Source: Octopus sinensis (taxonomy: Eukaryota). From it: a DNA stretch of 64,000 nt. Where the stretch lies: contig NC_042998.1 in assembly GCF_006345805.1 (NCBI RefSeq), positions 59,520,001 to 59,584,000 on the forward strand. The letters are read 5' to 3'. Positions 63,471-64,000 of the stretch are shown here, piece by piece. Under the pieces are notes generated by a model that saw only the letters and a list, made by a program, of their open reading frames with translations, was not told the DNA's origin and made no database searches. The translations under genes were made by a program, and so were the position numbers. The number at the start of each line of letters is the position of its first letter. The first letter of the stretch is position 1.

Positions 63471-64000
63471 GCTTATTATTATTGAGTGAGAGAACAGTGC
63501 ATGCCATCAAAGTGAAACTGGGGTAAAATATACGAAACCCAGTATACCCATCATGACTACCCGTCTGATAAGGATACACTAGGCACATGCATCACAACCA
63601 TCTGTGCATGACATGGTGATCTCATATCAAGATAAACAGCACATGACCTTGCAGGTGGTGCCCAGTGAGAATTTTCTTATGATCGAGTAACCCGTCCCTC
63701 GCAATACGTCCCTGAATAAAGGTTGTTTAAGGATGTTGAACAAAACATCCATGTTTCCAGAGGGGAATTATTCAAACCCCAAACAATCCCTCTCAACACG
63801 TAGCTATGATGCTCCCCTACTACTTTTGCTTGTGATCAGAGATGCGCCTATCGTCAGCCACTAAGGGACTTTGTTAACTGGTTAAGGTCAAACAACTGAC
63901 GAGCAAATCTGTGGTATTGAGCAGAATATTTGCTGTAGCCCATCTTTTATGCCAAGACAAAACAATGTACATGATAACACTTCCAATCAGTTAGGATCAG
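63471..64000 (-). mobile_element. Non-coding interspersed repeat ending in a short (AAT)n tail, cut by the window edge
   Basis: The minus strand ends ...GGCATGCACTGTTCTCTCACTC-AATAATAATAA. It is GC-richer than the flanks and I recall it as an abundant octopus repeat (unverified). Confidence 0.45.

Overview
AT-rich, microsatellite-dense eukaryotic DNA. I recognise no host protein-coding exon, rRNA, true tRNA or CRISPR array. The SINE families and the load of R4/Dong LINEs resemble a coleoid cephalopod, probably Octopus (inference from recalled repeat families, not a search). The window is a layered transposon graveyard. It holds a decayed Helitron RepHel (minus, ~2.5-4.9 kb), about ten R4/Dong-type RLE LINE fragments, Tx1/L1-like ORF1 and ORF2 fragments, a complete but dead IR/DR Tc1 (59081-60708), two mariner remnants and about 20 tRNA-derived SINE copies. 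Nearly every ORF in the supplied track is a microsatellite artefact or a piece of these elements. The main signal is a set of non-coding elements with type I hammerhead ribozyme motifs. A 352-bp unit at 33867-34667 is arranged as a ~750-bp palindrome, one arm ending in (TA)n, and carries one hammerhead with a canonical CUGAUGA core and one mutated copy. A sibling at 48229-48436 has the same 3' end, and an unrelated hammerhead with a long stem II lies at 26286-26421. These look like retrozyme or Penelope pseudo-LTR elements. Second, different retroelement lineages appear to sit in different microsatellites: (TA)n, (TAA)n and (CATA)n. Boundaries of old, decayed elements are approximate.
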